A stretch of 64,000 nt of DNA, taken from positions 312 to 64,311 of the forward strand of contig NZ_JBNKYN010000017.1 of NCBI RefSeq assembly GCF_050300915.1, read 5' to 3'. Below are positions 25,089 through 36,248 of the stretch, in pieces (positions within the stretch are counted from its first letter, which is position 1; the number at the start of each line of letters is the position of its first letter). The notes below the pieces were generated by a model that was given only the letters and a program-made list of their open reading frames with translations, was not told the DNA's origin and searched no databases. The DNA comes from Amphritea sp. (lineage in GTDB: Bacteria; Pseudomonadota; Gammaproteobacteria; Pseudomonadales; Balneatricaceae). A program made the translations under genes and the position numbers.

Positions 25089-26453
25089 TTAACTGGCGGG
25101 GATCTTCAGCACCTGGCCCACCATAATGGTGTCAGCGTTACCCAAACCGTTCGCCTTAAGTAAAGCCGACAACGATACACCGTTCCGGTTGGCAATAACA
25201 GAGAGACTATCCCCACTGACCACCTTATAGCTGGAGGGCGCCGCTTTAACTGCACCGCGCCCCTCTTTCTGCCAGGCCAGCCAGGTGAGCGCCGGGGGCT
25301 TGGCTGAAAAATGCGCTTTAATACCGGCAAAAATAGCCTGCGCCATTTTCTGCTGGTAGGCTTTCGATTTAAGTTTGGCCGCCTCATCATGGTTGGTGAT
25401 AAAACCGGTCTCAACCAAAATCGAGGGTATATCCGGCGATTTAAGCACCACAAAGCCCGCCTGCTCCACCTGCGTCTTATGCATTTTGGCAAACTTACTC
25501 ATGTTGCGATGAATACTTCGAGCAATATCACGGCTATCACTGCGACTGGCGGTCATCGACATATCCAGCAACACCTTTGCCAGCACATCATCTTTGTCTT
25601 CCAGACTGACCCCACCAACACCGCCAATCAGGTCGGCGCTGTTCTCTTTTTGCGCCAGCCAGCGGCCCATCTCACTACTGGCACCACGGGGGGATAATAC
25701 CCATACCGAGGCACCCCGGGCCCGGTGATCCTGAAAGCCATCCGCATGAATCGAGACAAACATATCCGCATTCATCTTGCGGGCCCGCTCAGTACGACTA
25801 CGCAGGCTGATATAGTAATCACCGTCCCGGGTCAGGCGGGGCTGAAAACCACGCTCTTTTTTCAGCAGTTCATTCAGTTCCTGGGCGATTGCCAGCACTA
25901 CGGTTTTCTCCTTCACCCGGCCGGGACCTATCGCTCCCGGGTCTTCGCCACCATGCCCGGCATCAATCGCAATCACGATATCCCGCAGGGTTGCCGGGTC
26001 ATCCGCTGTCGCAACTGCGCTTTTCTGAGGTGCTTCAGGCGCTACATCCCGATACAGATCGACCACCAGCCGATTGCCATACTGATCATTGGGTTTAAGG
26101 ACAAAACTTTTAGGCTTCACCTGCTCTTTAAGGTCCAGCACGATGCGCAGATCTTTACCTCCGTTGCGACTGCCCGAGCGCATCAGCGATACCGGACTGT
26201 TCGTCAGATCAACGGCCTGCAGGTCGGATAAGAGGGTAGCGTCGGCGACATCCAAGACGATGCGATCAGGCTTTTTCAGCGTAAACAGCTTATGCTGCAC
26301 GGCCGCAGACAGATCAAACACCAGCCGGGCATGATCCGGGGCGATCCATACCCGCACGTTGTGAACCTCAGCAGCATAACTGTTTACCGCACCAAGCCAG
26401 CAGCTCATCAACAGTATTATCAGCCCTGATCGTCGTATCATTCTGTTTCTCAT
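25089..26453 (-). CDS. amiB: N-acetylmuramoyl-L-alanine amidase (AMIN + Amidase_3 + LysM), AmiB/AmiC type
   Basis: Signal peptide, [27 protein letters not shown]-terminal LysM ([10 protein letters not shown]). Confidence 0.9.
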   Translation of the reverse strand: MRNRMIRRSGLIILLMSCWLGAVNSYAAEVHNVRVWIAPDHARLVFDLSAAVQHKLFTLKKPDRIVLDVADATLLSDLQAVDLTNSPVSLMRSGSRNGGKDLRIVLDLKEQVKPKSFVLKPNDQYGNRLVVDLYRDVAPEAPQKSAVATADDPATLRDIVIAIDAGHGGEDPGAIGPGRVKEKTVVLAIAQELNELLKKERGFQPRLTRDGDYYISLRSRTERARKMNADMFVSIHADGFQDHRARGASVWVLSPRGASSEMGRWLAQKENSADLIGGVGGVSLEDKDDVLAKVLLDMSMTASRSDSRDIARSIHRNMSKFAKMHKTQVEQAGFVVLKSPDIPSILVETGFITNHDEAAKLKSKAYQQKMAQAIFAGIKAHFSAKPPALTWLAWQKEGRGAVKAAPSSYKVVSGDSLSVIANRNGVSLSALLKANGLGNADTIMVGQVLKIPAS

Positions 26454-26529
26454 CGTGCCGTTACAACCTACGCCCTTAAAACCTCAACCCATACAACATA
26501 CACTGCCTGAAGACTTCATACCAACAGCC

Positions 26530-27015
26530 TCAACCCTTAAGTTTATCGGCCAGTTGCCGGCCTTTTGCAGTCTGTGCCTGCAAATTTATCCGCCGACCAC
26601 GCTGCTCCACACTTATCGTTAGCAGCAGATCAGCCTGCGGCAGCACCCCATCACCCCGTTCAGGCCACTCAATCAGACAGAGACTCTGGTCGGTAAAGTA
26701 ATCCCGAATCCCCAGATATTCGAGTTCTTCAGGATCTCCCAGCCGGTACAGATCAAAATGGTAAACCGTTAAATCGCCCAACTCATAGGGTTCAACCAGT
26801 GTATAAGTGGGACTCTTAACCGAACCTTGATGACCAAAGCCCTGTAATACCCCCCGACTCAGGGTCGTTTTCCCCATCCCCAGGTCACCGTTGAGAAAAA
26901 TCACCTCGCCACCAGTGGTGGCACGGGCGATCTGTTGCCCAAACATCACCATCGCAGCTTCATCGGCAACGAAAACACTGTAATCAGATTCCTCTGGCAC
27001 TCTGCCCGTCCTCAT
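26530..27015 (-). CDS. tsaE: tRNA threonylcarbamoyladenosine biosynthesis ATPase TsaE
   Basis: GDLGMGKTT, KSPTYTLVEPY, HFDLYRL, IEWP. Confidence 0.96.
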   Translation of the reverse strand: MRTGRVPEESDYSVFVADEAAMVMFGQQIARATTGGEVIFLNGDLGMGKTTLSRGVLQGFGHQGSVKSPTYTLVEPYELGDLTVYHFDLYRLGDPEELEYLGIRDYFTDQSLCLIEWPERGDGVLPQADLLLTISVEQRGRRINLQAQTAKGRQLADKLKG

Positions 27016-28514
27016 AAACCATTAACCAATAAGCGTAATTGTGCCAACAGATCAGTCGCTTGCATACCTCGGGCGCCATAGCGTTGTGCGCTGCGGTCGG
27101 CCGCCGCACCATGTAGCCAGGCACCCAGCCGGGTGGCATCAGCAGCTGACAGCCCCTGAGCAATCAGTGCACCGATCACACCGCTCAGTACATCGCCCAT
27201 ACCGCCACTGGCCATCCCCGGATTGCCGGTAGGATTAAGGTGCAGTGCGTCACCATCAAAACTCAGACTACCCGGCCCTTTCAGCAGCGCGACCCCGCCA
27301 AAGGCAGACTGCAGTTCAACCACTGCGGCAAACCGGTCAGCCTGCAACTCCGCGACACTGCAACCCAGTAGCCGGGCAGCTTCACCCGGATGCGGGGTGA
27401 TCACCCAGTTGTCGCCATTACGCTGGCCAAACTCCCGCCGCATCACCAGCAGATTCAACGCATCCGCATCCAGCACCAACGGTTTATCTGAACTCAGCGC
27501 CCGCACCAGCAGCTGTTCACCCCAGGCGTTTTTCCCCAGCCCCGGCCCCACTACCAGGACATCGGCACGCTCGATAAAAGGGTCCAGTTCATGACCGGAG
27601 CGGACGCCCACCGCCATCGCTTCCGGATAGCGGGTTAACAGTGCGGACAGATGTTCAGTCCGGGTGACCACCGTCACCAGCCCTGCGCCACAACGACCAG
27701 CTGCCTGTGCTGCCATAATCGCCGCGCCGCCCATTCCGCTGTCACCACCAATCACCAGGACATGCCCGCAACTGCCTTTATGGGCCGTTTTATCCCGGGG
27801 AGGCAGCAGATGACTAACATCATCGGCACCGGTGATAAACCCGGCAACATCGACCGATTCATAAACATCATCACTCACCCGCAGGCCATCAAATAGCAGC
27901 TCCCCGGTAAACTCCGGCCCCTGATGGGTGAGTAATCCACGTTTTACACCGATAAAAGTAACCGTCATATCCGCCCGGACCGCACTCCCCAATACTGCAC
28001 CGGTGTCACTGCACAGCCCCGAGGGGATATCCAGAGCAATCACCGGCAAACCCGACCGGTTGATCTGTCTGATCGCATGACGGTAAGGCTCGCGCACCTC
28101 TCCGGCGATGCCGGTACCCAGCAGCCCATCAACAATCAGCTCACCAATAAAGGGCTGCTCCTGATAGAGCTGCCAGGCAACAGACTCAGCCTGCAACCAC
28201 TCCCAGGCCTGCAACGCCTCTCCAGATAAGCGTGCGACAAAATCATCCCCGCCAACGCAGAGCAATTGCACCTGCATCCCCTGGCGCTGCGCCAATACTG
28301 CCACGATAAAACCGTCACCACCATTGTTGCCGCCACCGCAAAGCAGTGTCAGTTTGCGCACCTCAGGCCAGCGTTGTCGTAGCCGGTCAAATGCTGCATG
28401 ACCAGCGCGCTGCATCAGCTTAAAACCGGGCACCCCGGAATTTATCGCAGTGCGATCAAGAGCGCGGGTCTGTTCCGCTGTGTATAATGACGCCGGCAGG
28501 TCAGAATGTGACAT
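27012..28514 (-). CDS. nnr: Bifunctional NAD(P)HX epimerase/dehydratase Nnr
   Basis: GGGNNGGDG, HKGSCG, VLDADAL, ITPHPGEAARL, MASGGMGDVL. Confidence 0.95.
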   Translation of the reverse strand: MSHSDLPASLYTAEQTRALDRTAINSGVPGFKLMQRAGHAAFDRLRQRWPEVRKLTLLCGGGNNGGDGFIVAVLAQRQGMQVQLLCVGGDDFVARLSGEALQAWEWLQAESVAWQLYQEQPFIGELIVDGLLGTGIAGEVREPYRHAIRQINRSGLPVIALDIPSGLCSDTGAVLGSAVRADMTVTFIGVKRGLLTHQGPEFTGELLFDGLRVSDDVYESVDVAGFITGADDVSHLLPPRDKTAHKGSCGHVLVIGGDSGMGGAAIMAAQAAGRCGAGLVTVVTRTEHLSALLTRYPEAMAVGVRSGHELDPFIERADVLVVGPGLGKNAWGEQLLVRALSSDKPLVLDADALNLLVMRREFGQRNGDNWVITPHPGEAARLLGCSVAELQADRFAAVVELQSAFGGVALLKGPGSLSFDGDALHLNPTGNPGMASGGMGDVLSGVIGALIAQGLSAADATRLGAWLHGAAADRSAQRYGARGMQATDLLAQLRLLVNGL

Positions 28515-28554
28515 AACATGTTCTCTGAAAGGCTTTTCCTAACTTTATTATATA

Positions 28555-29685
28555 GTGCCGATGACTCAATACGACCCTGAAATACTGCAAAATCTGGCTG
28601 ATCAGATCAAACTACTCGCCTCATCGCTGGGGTTTCAGCAGTGCGGTATCACCAGTACGGACCTGAGCGCGGAAGCACAGCCACTGCAAACCTGGCTGGA
28701 TAAAGGCTATCAGGGCGAGATGACCTACCTGGAAAATCATTTTGAGAAGCGCATCAACCCCGCCCTGCTAACGCCGGGCACCCAGCGTATTATCTGCGTT
28801 CGGATGAACTGCCTGCCACCGGACACACAAGCGGTTCGGGTACTGAAGAACCCGGATCAGGCCTATATATCCCGCTATACGCTGGGCCGTGATTATCATA
28901 AAGTGATGCGAAAAAAACTCACCCAGCTGGGCAAAGAGATAGAAAGCCTGACCGGAACGTTTGGTTATCGCGCCTTTGTTGACAGCGCACCGATTCTGGA
29001 ACGACCACTGGCACGCAACAGCGGACTGGGGTGGCAGGGCAAACATACGTTGATTTTAAACCGGGAAGCGGGCTCATGGTTTTTGCTGGGCGAGCTGTTC
29101 GTTGATCTGCCACTACCCGTCGACGCCCCCTACAGCGAGGAGCATTGCGGTCAGTGCCAGGCCTGTATCGATATCTGCCCCACTCAGGCAATCGTAGCCC
29201 CCTATCAGCTGGACGCCCGCCGCTGCATCTCCTATCTGACGATAGAGCTGAAAGGCTCGATTCCCGAAGTGTTTCGGCCACTGATCGGCAACCGTATCTT
29301 TGGCTGTGACGATTGCCAGCTGATCTGCCCCTGGAACCGCTTTGCCAAATACAGCGATGAAGCTGATTTCAGCCCCCGTCACCACCTGGACACTGTCTCA
29401 CTGCTGGAACTGCAGCAGTGGGATGAGGCAACCTTTCTCAAACGTACCGAAGGCTCAGCGATCCGGCGTACTGGCTACCGTGGCTGGCAGCGAAATATCG
29501 CCGTTGCGCTGGGTAACAGCCGTGGCGGGCAAGCCGTTCTCAGCGCCCTGCAGACAATGGCCGATGGCGAGGATGCGCTGGTGAGAGAACACGCGCTCTG
29601 GGCACTGGCTCAGCTGCAAAGCGACACCACCGTCAACAGTACTCCCATTCTTAACCACCCCCGGGCAGGCAAGCTACCGGACTGA
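28555..29685 (+). CDS. queG: Epoxyqueuosine reductase QueG
   Basis: GRDYHKV, VDSAPILER, CGQCQACIDICP, GCDDCQLICPWN. Confidence 0.96.
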   Translation: MPMTQYDPEILQNLADQIKLLASSLGFQQCGITSTDLSAEAQPLQTWLDKGYQGEMTYLENHFEKRINPALLTPGTQRIICVRMNCLPPDTQAVRVLKNPDQAYISRYTLGRDYHKVMRKKLTQLGKEIESLTGTFGYRAFVDSAPILERPLARNSGLGWQGKHTLILNREAGSWFLLGELFVDLPLPVDAPYSEEHCGQCQACIDICPTQAIVAPYQLDARRCISYLTIELKGSIPEVFRPLIGNRIFGCDDCQLICPWNRFAKYSDEADFSPRHHLDTVSLLELQQWDEATFLKRTEGSAIRRTGYRGWQRNIAVALGNSRGGQAVLSALQTMADGEDALVREHALWALAQLQSDTTVNSTPILNHPRAGKLPD

Positions 29686-29741
29686 TATATATCCACTCAA
29701 CCTGTTTAAATAATGAACAGGCATAGTGCAACCCGGCAGGC

Positions 29742-30740
29742 TTAACTAAAAATTCCTTGAAGATCACAGCTCTCCCGCTTACCCAGATCGTTCTGATTCG
29801 CGTGTAACCAGTGATCACAGGCTTCTCGTCCGGCCATCATCAGCCCGGTCAGAAACTGCTTACTGTTATCATATTTACTGGATCGACTAAGCCCATCAAG
29901 CAGCGGGTCACTCGCCATTATATGACACCGCATCCCATTAACTTTGCGCTCGGCCCAGCCCTGACGCCAGCGCCAGCCTGAACTGTATTTACGAATATTG
30001 CTCACCGCCCGCATCTCGCGCATAAAAGTGCTCTGAAAGCCTAACTCCGTAACCCGCCCGGCAATATCCTCAGCGGAAACAGGCAGGCTTTCCTGCAGTA
30101 ATGGCTGCAACAGAACGATCAGCACATCATCCGCTGCACACTCATAGATCAGCGGAAAAACCGCCGGATTCCCGGCAAAACCTCCATCCCAGTAATGCGC
30201 GCCATCAATCTCAATCGCTTTATGAATATTCGGCAGACAGGCTGATGCCAGCAGACGAGGCAGATCCAGTTCCTGCTCACTAAACAGTTTCAGTTTGCCA
30301 CTGGCCACTTCGGTCGCCGCGATAAACAACTTAAAAGGCGAGTCCAGTCTTAACTGTTCAAAGCACACCTGTTTTTTCAGCAGATCTTCAAGAGGATTGA
30401 TATCCAGCAGATTGACATCATAGGGCGACAGATAGCGCATCGCATGCAACCAGAAACGGGTGACTGCCCCTTCAAGCTGCTCCGGTAGGCGAATAGAGTA
30501 ATCGCTGGATGCCACCGCCAGCCAGAACGCTTCCAGCTGTTGGCGGGCGCCAGCACGACCTCCCAGACGCCAGCCCTCAGCCAGCATCACCGCATTCATC
30601 GCCCCGGCACTGGTGCCACTGATACCATCAAAACTGATCCAGGACTCTTCCAGCAAACGATCCAGCACGCCCCAGGTAAATGCCCCATGAGCACCGCCGC
30701 CCTGCAACGCAAGATTGATTGAAACCGGCCTCATAAACAC
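29742..30740 (-). CDS. Patatin-like phospholipase/esterase
   Basis: GGGAHG oxyanion motif, GTSAG nucleophile elbow, DGG catalytic Asp. Confidence 0.88.
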   Translation of the reverse strand: MFMRPVSINLALQGGGAHGAFTWGVLDRLLEESWISFDGISGTSAGAMNAVMLAEGWRLGGRAGARQQLEAFWLAVASSDYSIRLPEQLEGAVTRFWLHAMRYLSPYDVNLLDINPLEDLLKKQVCFEQLRLDSPFKLFIAATEVASGKLKLFSEQELDLPRLLASACLPNIHKAIEIDGAHYWDGGFAGNPAVFPLIYECAADDVLIVLLQPLLQESLPVSAEDIAGRVTELGFQSTFMREMRAVSNIRKYSSGWRWRQGWAERKVNGMRCHIMASDPLLDGLSRSSKYDNSKQFLTGLMMAGREACDHWLHANQNDLGKRESCDLQGIFS

Positions 30741-30868
30741 CTCTCAGATTATTGTGCATCGCATCAAAAACTAGCACAAAAGAGATGAATTAAAGATGAA
30801 TACTTTTCTTAGGAAGGGACAATACACACGCTGGCAATGCCAGGATTCAGCTGCTGAAGCGCCTGATT

Positions 30869-32689
30869 CTAAAGAATATCAGGAGAGGGCTCGCTGAACA
30901 GATAGCCCTGAGAATAATCTATCCCCAACGACTCAACCACCTGCTGCACCGCATCATTATGGACAAATTCAGCCACTGTTTTAATGCCGGAATTACGGGC
31001 AAAGAAGACAATTGCCCGGGTAATCTCATAGCTCTTGCTATCGCTATCAATATTTTTTATATACTTCGCATCGATTTTGACAAAATCAACATGCAGCTCA
31101 AGAATGCGTTCAAAATTGGAATACTCAGTACCAAAATCATCAATGGCCAGTTTGTAGCCCAGTGCTTTAAGCCGGCTTAACTGGGCAATATGATTTTTCT
31201 TGCCCGCCGCGCTGATACCCTCAAGTATTTCCAGTACGACCTGCTGCGGCGCAACGGCATATTCAGCGGTTTTCTCTGTCAGATAGCCTTCCAGATACTC
31301 CATCAACAGGTCATCTTCTGTGATATTGACCGACAGGGTCAGCCCGGTACCGGCAATCTTCGCCAAACCTCTATCTATCATCAGACGGCTAATGGTGGGA
31401 AACAAACCAGACAGCTTAACCGCATTGAGAAAATGATAGGGGGTATAGATAGTGCCGCTGTCTTCCAGACGGACCAGCGCTTCATAGCTGACAATTTCAC
31501 CACTGGTGTTATCACGCACACCCTGAAAAAAAGGTTTTACACGTCCCTCATTCAAAGCCTGATGTAGCATCGCATTCCAACGGAGATACTCCCTGCGCAA
31601 CGCCTGATCAGGTTCGTCCCGTTCAGCGTTGTAGATATGATAACGATTTTTACCCAGCGCTTTCGCCTGACTCATGGCCTGCACCGCCTGTTCGAGCAGA
31701 TTTTTACGTGCCCTGGCACCACCCGCAGTAAAGGTGATGCTAAACAGCTGATCATCAATCTTCAGCGAGTGACTCAGCAGATAGGCTCTGAACTGTTCAA
31801 TCTGCTGTTGCAGGTCTACCGGCAGCCGGTAAGACAGGGCAAACTCATCCGCATTGATACGGTACAGCTCTGCGTCTGGAAACTGCTGCCCCAGCAGCTC
31901 GGCAACCTTGCAGAGAAAGCGATCACCAAATGATGGACCGTAAGCGGTGTTGATAAAACGGAAGTTATCCAGGTTAATCAGCAGCAACGACTGCATCGAG
32001 ATACAGCTTTTCAGCTGCAGTTTCAACTTCGACTGGTTCGGCAGAGAGGTCAGACTATCGTATTCGAGGGCAGTAATCAGCTGCTTGCGCTGCTCTTCCA
32101 GCACCTGCTCCTGATACTGCTTTGCCAGAACAATATTCGCCATCGAAGCGGCGACATCCAATAAACGAATATGAAAAGCCGAGGGCGAACGGTGTTCAAA
32201 TGAGGAGAGCGCAAAAGAGCCAATCACCTTTCCGTTATTATTGCGCACGGGCATCGACCAGCAGGCACACAGATTGAAATCGATAGCTAACTGCCGAAGG
32301 TCCTGCCAACGGGGATCATTGAAAGTGTCTCTGACGAAGACCGGCTCATTACGCATCACCGCATTACCGCAGGAGCCGCTGCCCGGACCGGGAGACAACC
32401 CCTGCAATGCCTCAATGCCGCTTTGAGGCACACTCGGTGCTACCAACACATTAAGCAAGCCACTCTGTTCATCCCGCAGCATGATCGAGGCAACAGAAGC
32501 GGGCAGCAACTGCTCTGCCATCCGGCACAAGGCATTCAACACATCGGCACAGGACACATTACTGGCGACCTGAGAAAAAATAGATTGCTGTAAACTGAGA
32601 ATCCTGTCCAGCTCATCAACCGACATCTCCCGCTCTTCAGCAGCAAGCGGCAGACCAAATGAGTTTACGCTATCAATTTCATCAATCAT
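30869..32689 (-). CDS. GAF + degenerate GGDEF + EAL c-di-GMP phosphodiesterase
   Basis: N-terminal GAF (GSGSCG, CWSMPV); NADEF in place of GGDEF; intact EAL motifs YEALVR, SVNIT, DDFGTEYS, VKID, AEFV, SQGY. Confidence 0.87.
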   Translation of the reverse strand: MIDEIDSVNSFGLPLAAEEREMSVDELDRILSLQQSIFSQVASNVSCADVLNALCRMAEQLLPASVASIMLRDEQSGLLNVLVAPSVPQSGIEALQGLSPGPGSGSCGNAVMRNEPVFVRDTFNDPRWQDLRQLAIDFNLCACWSMPVRNNNGKVIGSFALSSFEHRSPSAFHIRLLDVAASMANIVLAKQYQEQVLEEQRKQLITALEYDSLTSLPNQSKLKLQLKSCISMQSLLLINLDNFRFINTAYGPSFGDRFLCKVAELLGQQFPDAELYRINADEFALSYRLPVDLQQQIEQFRAYLLSHSLKIDDQLFSITFTAGGARARKNLLEQAVQAMSQAKALGKNRYHIYNAERDEPDQALRREYLRWNAMLHQALNEGRVKPFFQGVRDNTSGEIVSYEALVRLEDSGTIYTPYHFLNAVKLSGLFPTISRLMIDRGLAKIAGTGLTLSVNITEDDLLMEYLEGYLTEKTAEYAVAPQQVVLEILEGISAAGKKNHIAQLSRLKALGYKLAIDDFGTEYSNFERILELHVDFVKIDAKYIKNIDSDSKSYEITRAIVFFARNSGIKTVAEFVHNDAVQQVVESLGIDYSQGYLFSEPSPDIL

Positions 32690-32787
32690 GAGTCTTTATC
32701 CGATTCCGCTCCGCCAACATAGAAATGGCAGAAAATGTATAGGCCTTCAACCACCTCAAGACTTTACACTCACAGTATTATTCTAAT

Positions 32788-33330
32788 TTATACGTTAAAA
32801 AATGTTTCACGGTAATGCTGTAACTCATTAATCGAATCTTTAATATCATCCAGCGCCAGATGGCTGCCCTTTTTCACCACGCCATCCAACACCCCGGGGG
32901 ACCAGCGCCGGGCCAGCTCTTTGATCGTACTGACATCCAGATTGCGGTAGTGAAAAAACGCTTCCAGCTCGGGCATATACTTCACCAGAAAACGCCGATC
33001 CTGACCAATGGAATTGCCACAGATAGGTGACGCCCCTTTATCCACATATTCGCTGACAAACTCTATCGTATCAAGCTCTGCCTGCCGTTCACTGATCAGG
33101 GAATCCCGTACCTTCTGTGTCAGACCAGACTGACCATGCTGTTTGGTACACCACTCATCCATCCCCGCCAACAGCTCGTCAGATTGATGAACCACCAGAT
33201 TTGGCCCTTCAGCCAGTATATTCAGCTGAGAATCTGTTACGATGGTTGCGATCTCGATGATTCTGTCATGCTCCGGATCCAGACCGGTCATCTCAAGATC
33301 GATCCAGATAAGGTTGTTCTGCCGTGACAT
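32788..33330 (-). CDS. orn: Oligoribonuclease
   Basis: [29 protein letters not shown]. Confidence 0.97.
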   Translation of the reverse strand: MSRQNNLIWIDLEMTGLDPEHDRIIEIATIVTDSQLNILAEGPNLVVHQSDELLAGMDEWCTKQHGQSGLTQKVRDSLISERQAELDTIEFVSEYVDKGASPICGNSIGQDRRFLVKYMPELEAFFHYRNLDVSTIKELARRWSPGVLDGVVKKGSHLALDDIKDSINELQHYRETFFNV

Positions 33331-33427
33331 ATGTGTATTCCTTAGTACCAGTACTGTAAATTTATTGCTTAATAGAATACCTTAGCAGGCTGTAAAAATT
33401 CACCCCTACACCTGATTTAGCTGATAA

Positions 33428-34450
33428 ATGTCGAAACGAAAGCTTACCCGGCGCCAAACCTGGCGCGTACAAAAGATTCAGGACGAGCGCACCCAGCGTG
33501 CGGCACGCAAAGACTCAGATATCGACCAGCAACTGGAGGGCGGCGAACTGGGGCCGGAACAGCACGGCCAGATCATCTCCCACTTTGGCCGTCAGGTTGA
33601 CGTCGAAGCCCAGGATGGCGAAGCTGCCGGACAGATCTTTCGCTGTCATATGCGTACCAATCTGGACACGCTGGTCACCGGCGACCGGGTTATCTGGCGC
33701 GCCGGAGCCGAATACGGTGTCGTGGTAGCAACCCAACCACGTACATCAATTCTGCAACGCCCCAACAACCATGGCGAGCTGAAGCCCGTAGCGGCCAATA
33801 TTGATCAGATCGTTATCACCATCGCCGTTGAGCCTCTGGCCCACTACAATCTGATCGACCGCTATCTGGTCGCCGCCGAACTCAGCGATATCGAACCGAT
33901 TATTCTGCTAAACAAAACCGACCTGATTGATGCTGAAAACCGGCCACGGGTTGAGGCGATGATCAATCTCTATCGCAGCATCGGCTATCAGGTAATGCTG
34001 GTCTCATCGACAGATAAAGAGGGGCTTGCACCCCTGCGACAACAGCTGAATGATCGTATCAGTGTATTTGTTGGCCAGTCCGGGGTGGGTAAATCCTCAC
34101 TGATCAACGCTCTACTACCAGGAATAGATCTCAAAGTGGGGGCTTTGTCTGAATCGACCCGCAAGGGTACCCACACCACCACCACCGCCCGGCTGTTTCA
34201 TTTTCCAGAGGGTGGCGATTTGATCGACTCCCCCGGAATCCGTGAGTTTGCACTGTGGCATATCAACGAAGACAACCTTCTGGATGGTTTTCGGGAGTTT
34301 TCCCCTTTTATCGGCTACTGTAAATTCAGAGACTGTAATCATGAACAGGAGCCCGGCTGCGCTATTAAAACAGCGATAGAAGAGGGTAAGATCAGCGCAC
34401 AGCGGGTAAACAGCTACAAACATATTCTGAATACCCTTAACCAGGATTGA
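33428..34450 (+). CDS. rsgA: Small ribosomal subunit biogenesis GTPase RsgA
   Basis: [35 protein letters not shown] zinc site. Confidence 0.96.
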   Translation: MSKRKLTRRQTWRVQKIQDERTQRAARKDSDIDQQLEGGELGPEQHGQIISHFGRQVDVEAQDGEAAGQIFRCHMRTNLDTLVTGDRVIWRAGAEYGVVVATQPRTSILQRPNNHGELKPVAANIDQIVITIAVEPLAHYNLIDRYLVAAELSDIEPIILLNKTDLIDAENRPRVEAMINLYRSIGYQVMLVSSTDKEGLAPLRQQLNDRISVFVGQSGVGKSSLINALLPGIDLKVGALSESTRKGTHTTTTARLFHFPEGGDLIDSPGIREFALWHINEDNLLDGFREFSPFIGYCKFRDCNHEQEPGCAIKTAIEEGKISAQRVNSYKHILNTLNQD

Positions 34451-34478
34451 TGCCGATAGTAAGGGACAGTAAGGACGG

Positions 34479-36248
34479 ATGACCGAACCAAATAATCCAC
34501 AGAATGCTGAACAGTGGTATAGCTTTCTGAGCGACAAGCTGCCGCCGGTCAGGCTCAGCATGATCAAACGGTTGCAGGGCAAGCTGAGCGAACCCGGCTG
34601 CTCGGTCATCCAGCTGAGCAAACTGATCAAAAGTGACCCTTTGCTCTGCTTTCATGTCGCACTCGCCGCCGGTACGCTGCACCACGAAAAGCAATCGGAA
34701 ATCACCGGTATTGATCACGCCATCGGCTCTCTCGGGTTACACAAACTGGATGAGCTGATCAATAGCCTGCCCACGACCCGTCTGAACCCGACCAGCACGG
34801 CGCAGAAAATGTACTTCCGCTCAGTGGCAAACAGTCACCATGCAGCAACACAGGTACAGCAGTGGTTAAAGCAGTGCCGCGGTGGCATGTTTGCAGAAGA
34901 GAGCTACCTGGCAGCCCTGTTTTACTCTATCGGTCACTGGATGCTGTGGTATTTCGCACCGCTGCACATGAGCAAAATTCAGATCATGATCCGCGAAAAG
35001 AAGGCCAGCCCGGAACTGGCTGAAACCCGCATTCTCGGCTGTACCATTGACGGCATTTCCAAACGCTTACTAACCCACTGGCCCGCTAGCAACCTGGCCA
35101 GAGTCACACTGGAAAACAGCACGCCCCTGAACCGGCAGATGATTCTCCAGCTTCACCAGCGCGCCTTAAGCGACCCCCGCCTGGATGGCGACCAGCTTCG
35201 TCAACTGAACCATCTGACCCAACAAAAGTTTTTCCCCGTTAAGTTGGGCAACTGGCTGGCACTGGCAGCGAACTATGGCTGGGGTAACGAAGCAACGCTC
35301 CACCTGATCGATATCATTAATGATTACCTGCGGGCAGAGCTGGACCACACCACGGCGTTCCTGCATCAGAACTGCGTGTTAGCGGCGCGCAACTACCATG
35401 TAGCGGGGATACTGTCTCCCGCTACAGAGATGCTGATGCTGGATTCCGAGTTGGCGCCAAACTACCGGCTGACAGCCGTTGATCGAAAACTATTCAACCT
35501 GCCAGCAACCGCGCAGCAACAAACCGCCCCGGCAAAAGCAGTAAATATCCCGGCCGCGCCCACTCGCCCGACTGATGCACCTAACAGTCTGGCGGCTAAC
35601 CTTTCGGCAGATGATATAAACAAAGACAACGCCGACGATTTCGTGATTGAGATAAGCGACTCGGCTTCAGAGACAAGCCCCCCGGCAGCAGACACCCCCA
35701 ACCCGGCTGATGATTTTATCGATAAGGATACTTACCGCCAGTATCTGCAGCGCTTTAACGAACTGGGGGATTACTATTCTCAAGGCACCCAGGTGCTGAG
35801 TGATCTGTTAAAAGGTTTAGTCAGTGGCCTGGGCATCAAACGGGCTGCACTGATTATTTTGCCGCCCAAAAGTAAAACCATTAAAGTGGTAAAAACCGCA
35901 GGTTTCGGGGGTAGTCACAGCCTGCTGAATTCCACTCACGCCCTGGGACCTAAAAGCCTGTTCAGCCGACTCAATGAAAAGCCCGCCTGTTTACTGGTCA
36001 ACCAGAGTAACCGTGAGCAGATCAAAGCGATGCTACCCAGCACCTTTATCCCCTATGTCAGTGACCAGAACTATCTGATGATATCTCTGTTTGCTTCGAA
36101 CAGATCGGTGGTAATTATCTACGCTGACCGGGATGGCACTGCGGAAGGGGTGCAGGATTTCCACCATCAAAAATTTAAAGATCTGTGTCGTAGCGCCGGG
36201 CGCTGTCTGGATCATGTTTATAAATTACGCGCCGGAGCCAATAAATGA
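34479..36248 (+). CDS. HDOD domain signal-transduction protein
   Basis: N-terminal HDOD-like region (LSKLIKSDP, HAIGSLG, LAALFYSIG), low-complexity linker, GAF-like C-terminus; same slot as the HDOD gene before rhdA-psd in Pseudomonas. Confidence 0.7.
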   Translation: MTEPNNPQNAEQWYSFLSDKLPPVRLSMIKRLQGKLSEPGCSVIQLSKLIKSDPLLCFHVALAAGTLHHEKQSEITGIDHAIGSLGLHKLDELINSLPTTRLNPTSTAQKMYFRSVANSHHAATQVQQWLKQCRGGMFAEESYLAALFYSIGHWMLWYFAPLHMSKIQIMIREKKASPELAETRILGCTIDGISKRLLTHWPASNLARVTLENSTPLNRQMILQLHQRALSDPRLDGDQLRQLNHLTQQKFFPVKLGNWLALAANYGWGNEATLHLIDIINDYLRAELDHTTAFLHQNCVLAARNYHVAGILSPATEMLMLDSELAPNYRLTAVDRKLFNLPATAQQQTAPAKAVNIPAAPTRPTDAPNSLAANLSADDINKDNADDFVIEISDSASETSPPAADTPNPADDFIDKDTYRQYLQRFNELGDYYSQGTQVLSDLLKGLVSGLGIKRAALIILPPKSKTIKVVKTAGFGGSHSLLNSTHALGPKSLFSRLNEKPACLLVNQSNREQIKAMLPSTFIPYVSDQNYLMISLFASNRSVVIIYADRDGTAEGVQDFHHQKFKDLCRSAGRCLDHVYKLRAGANK

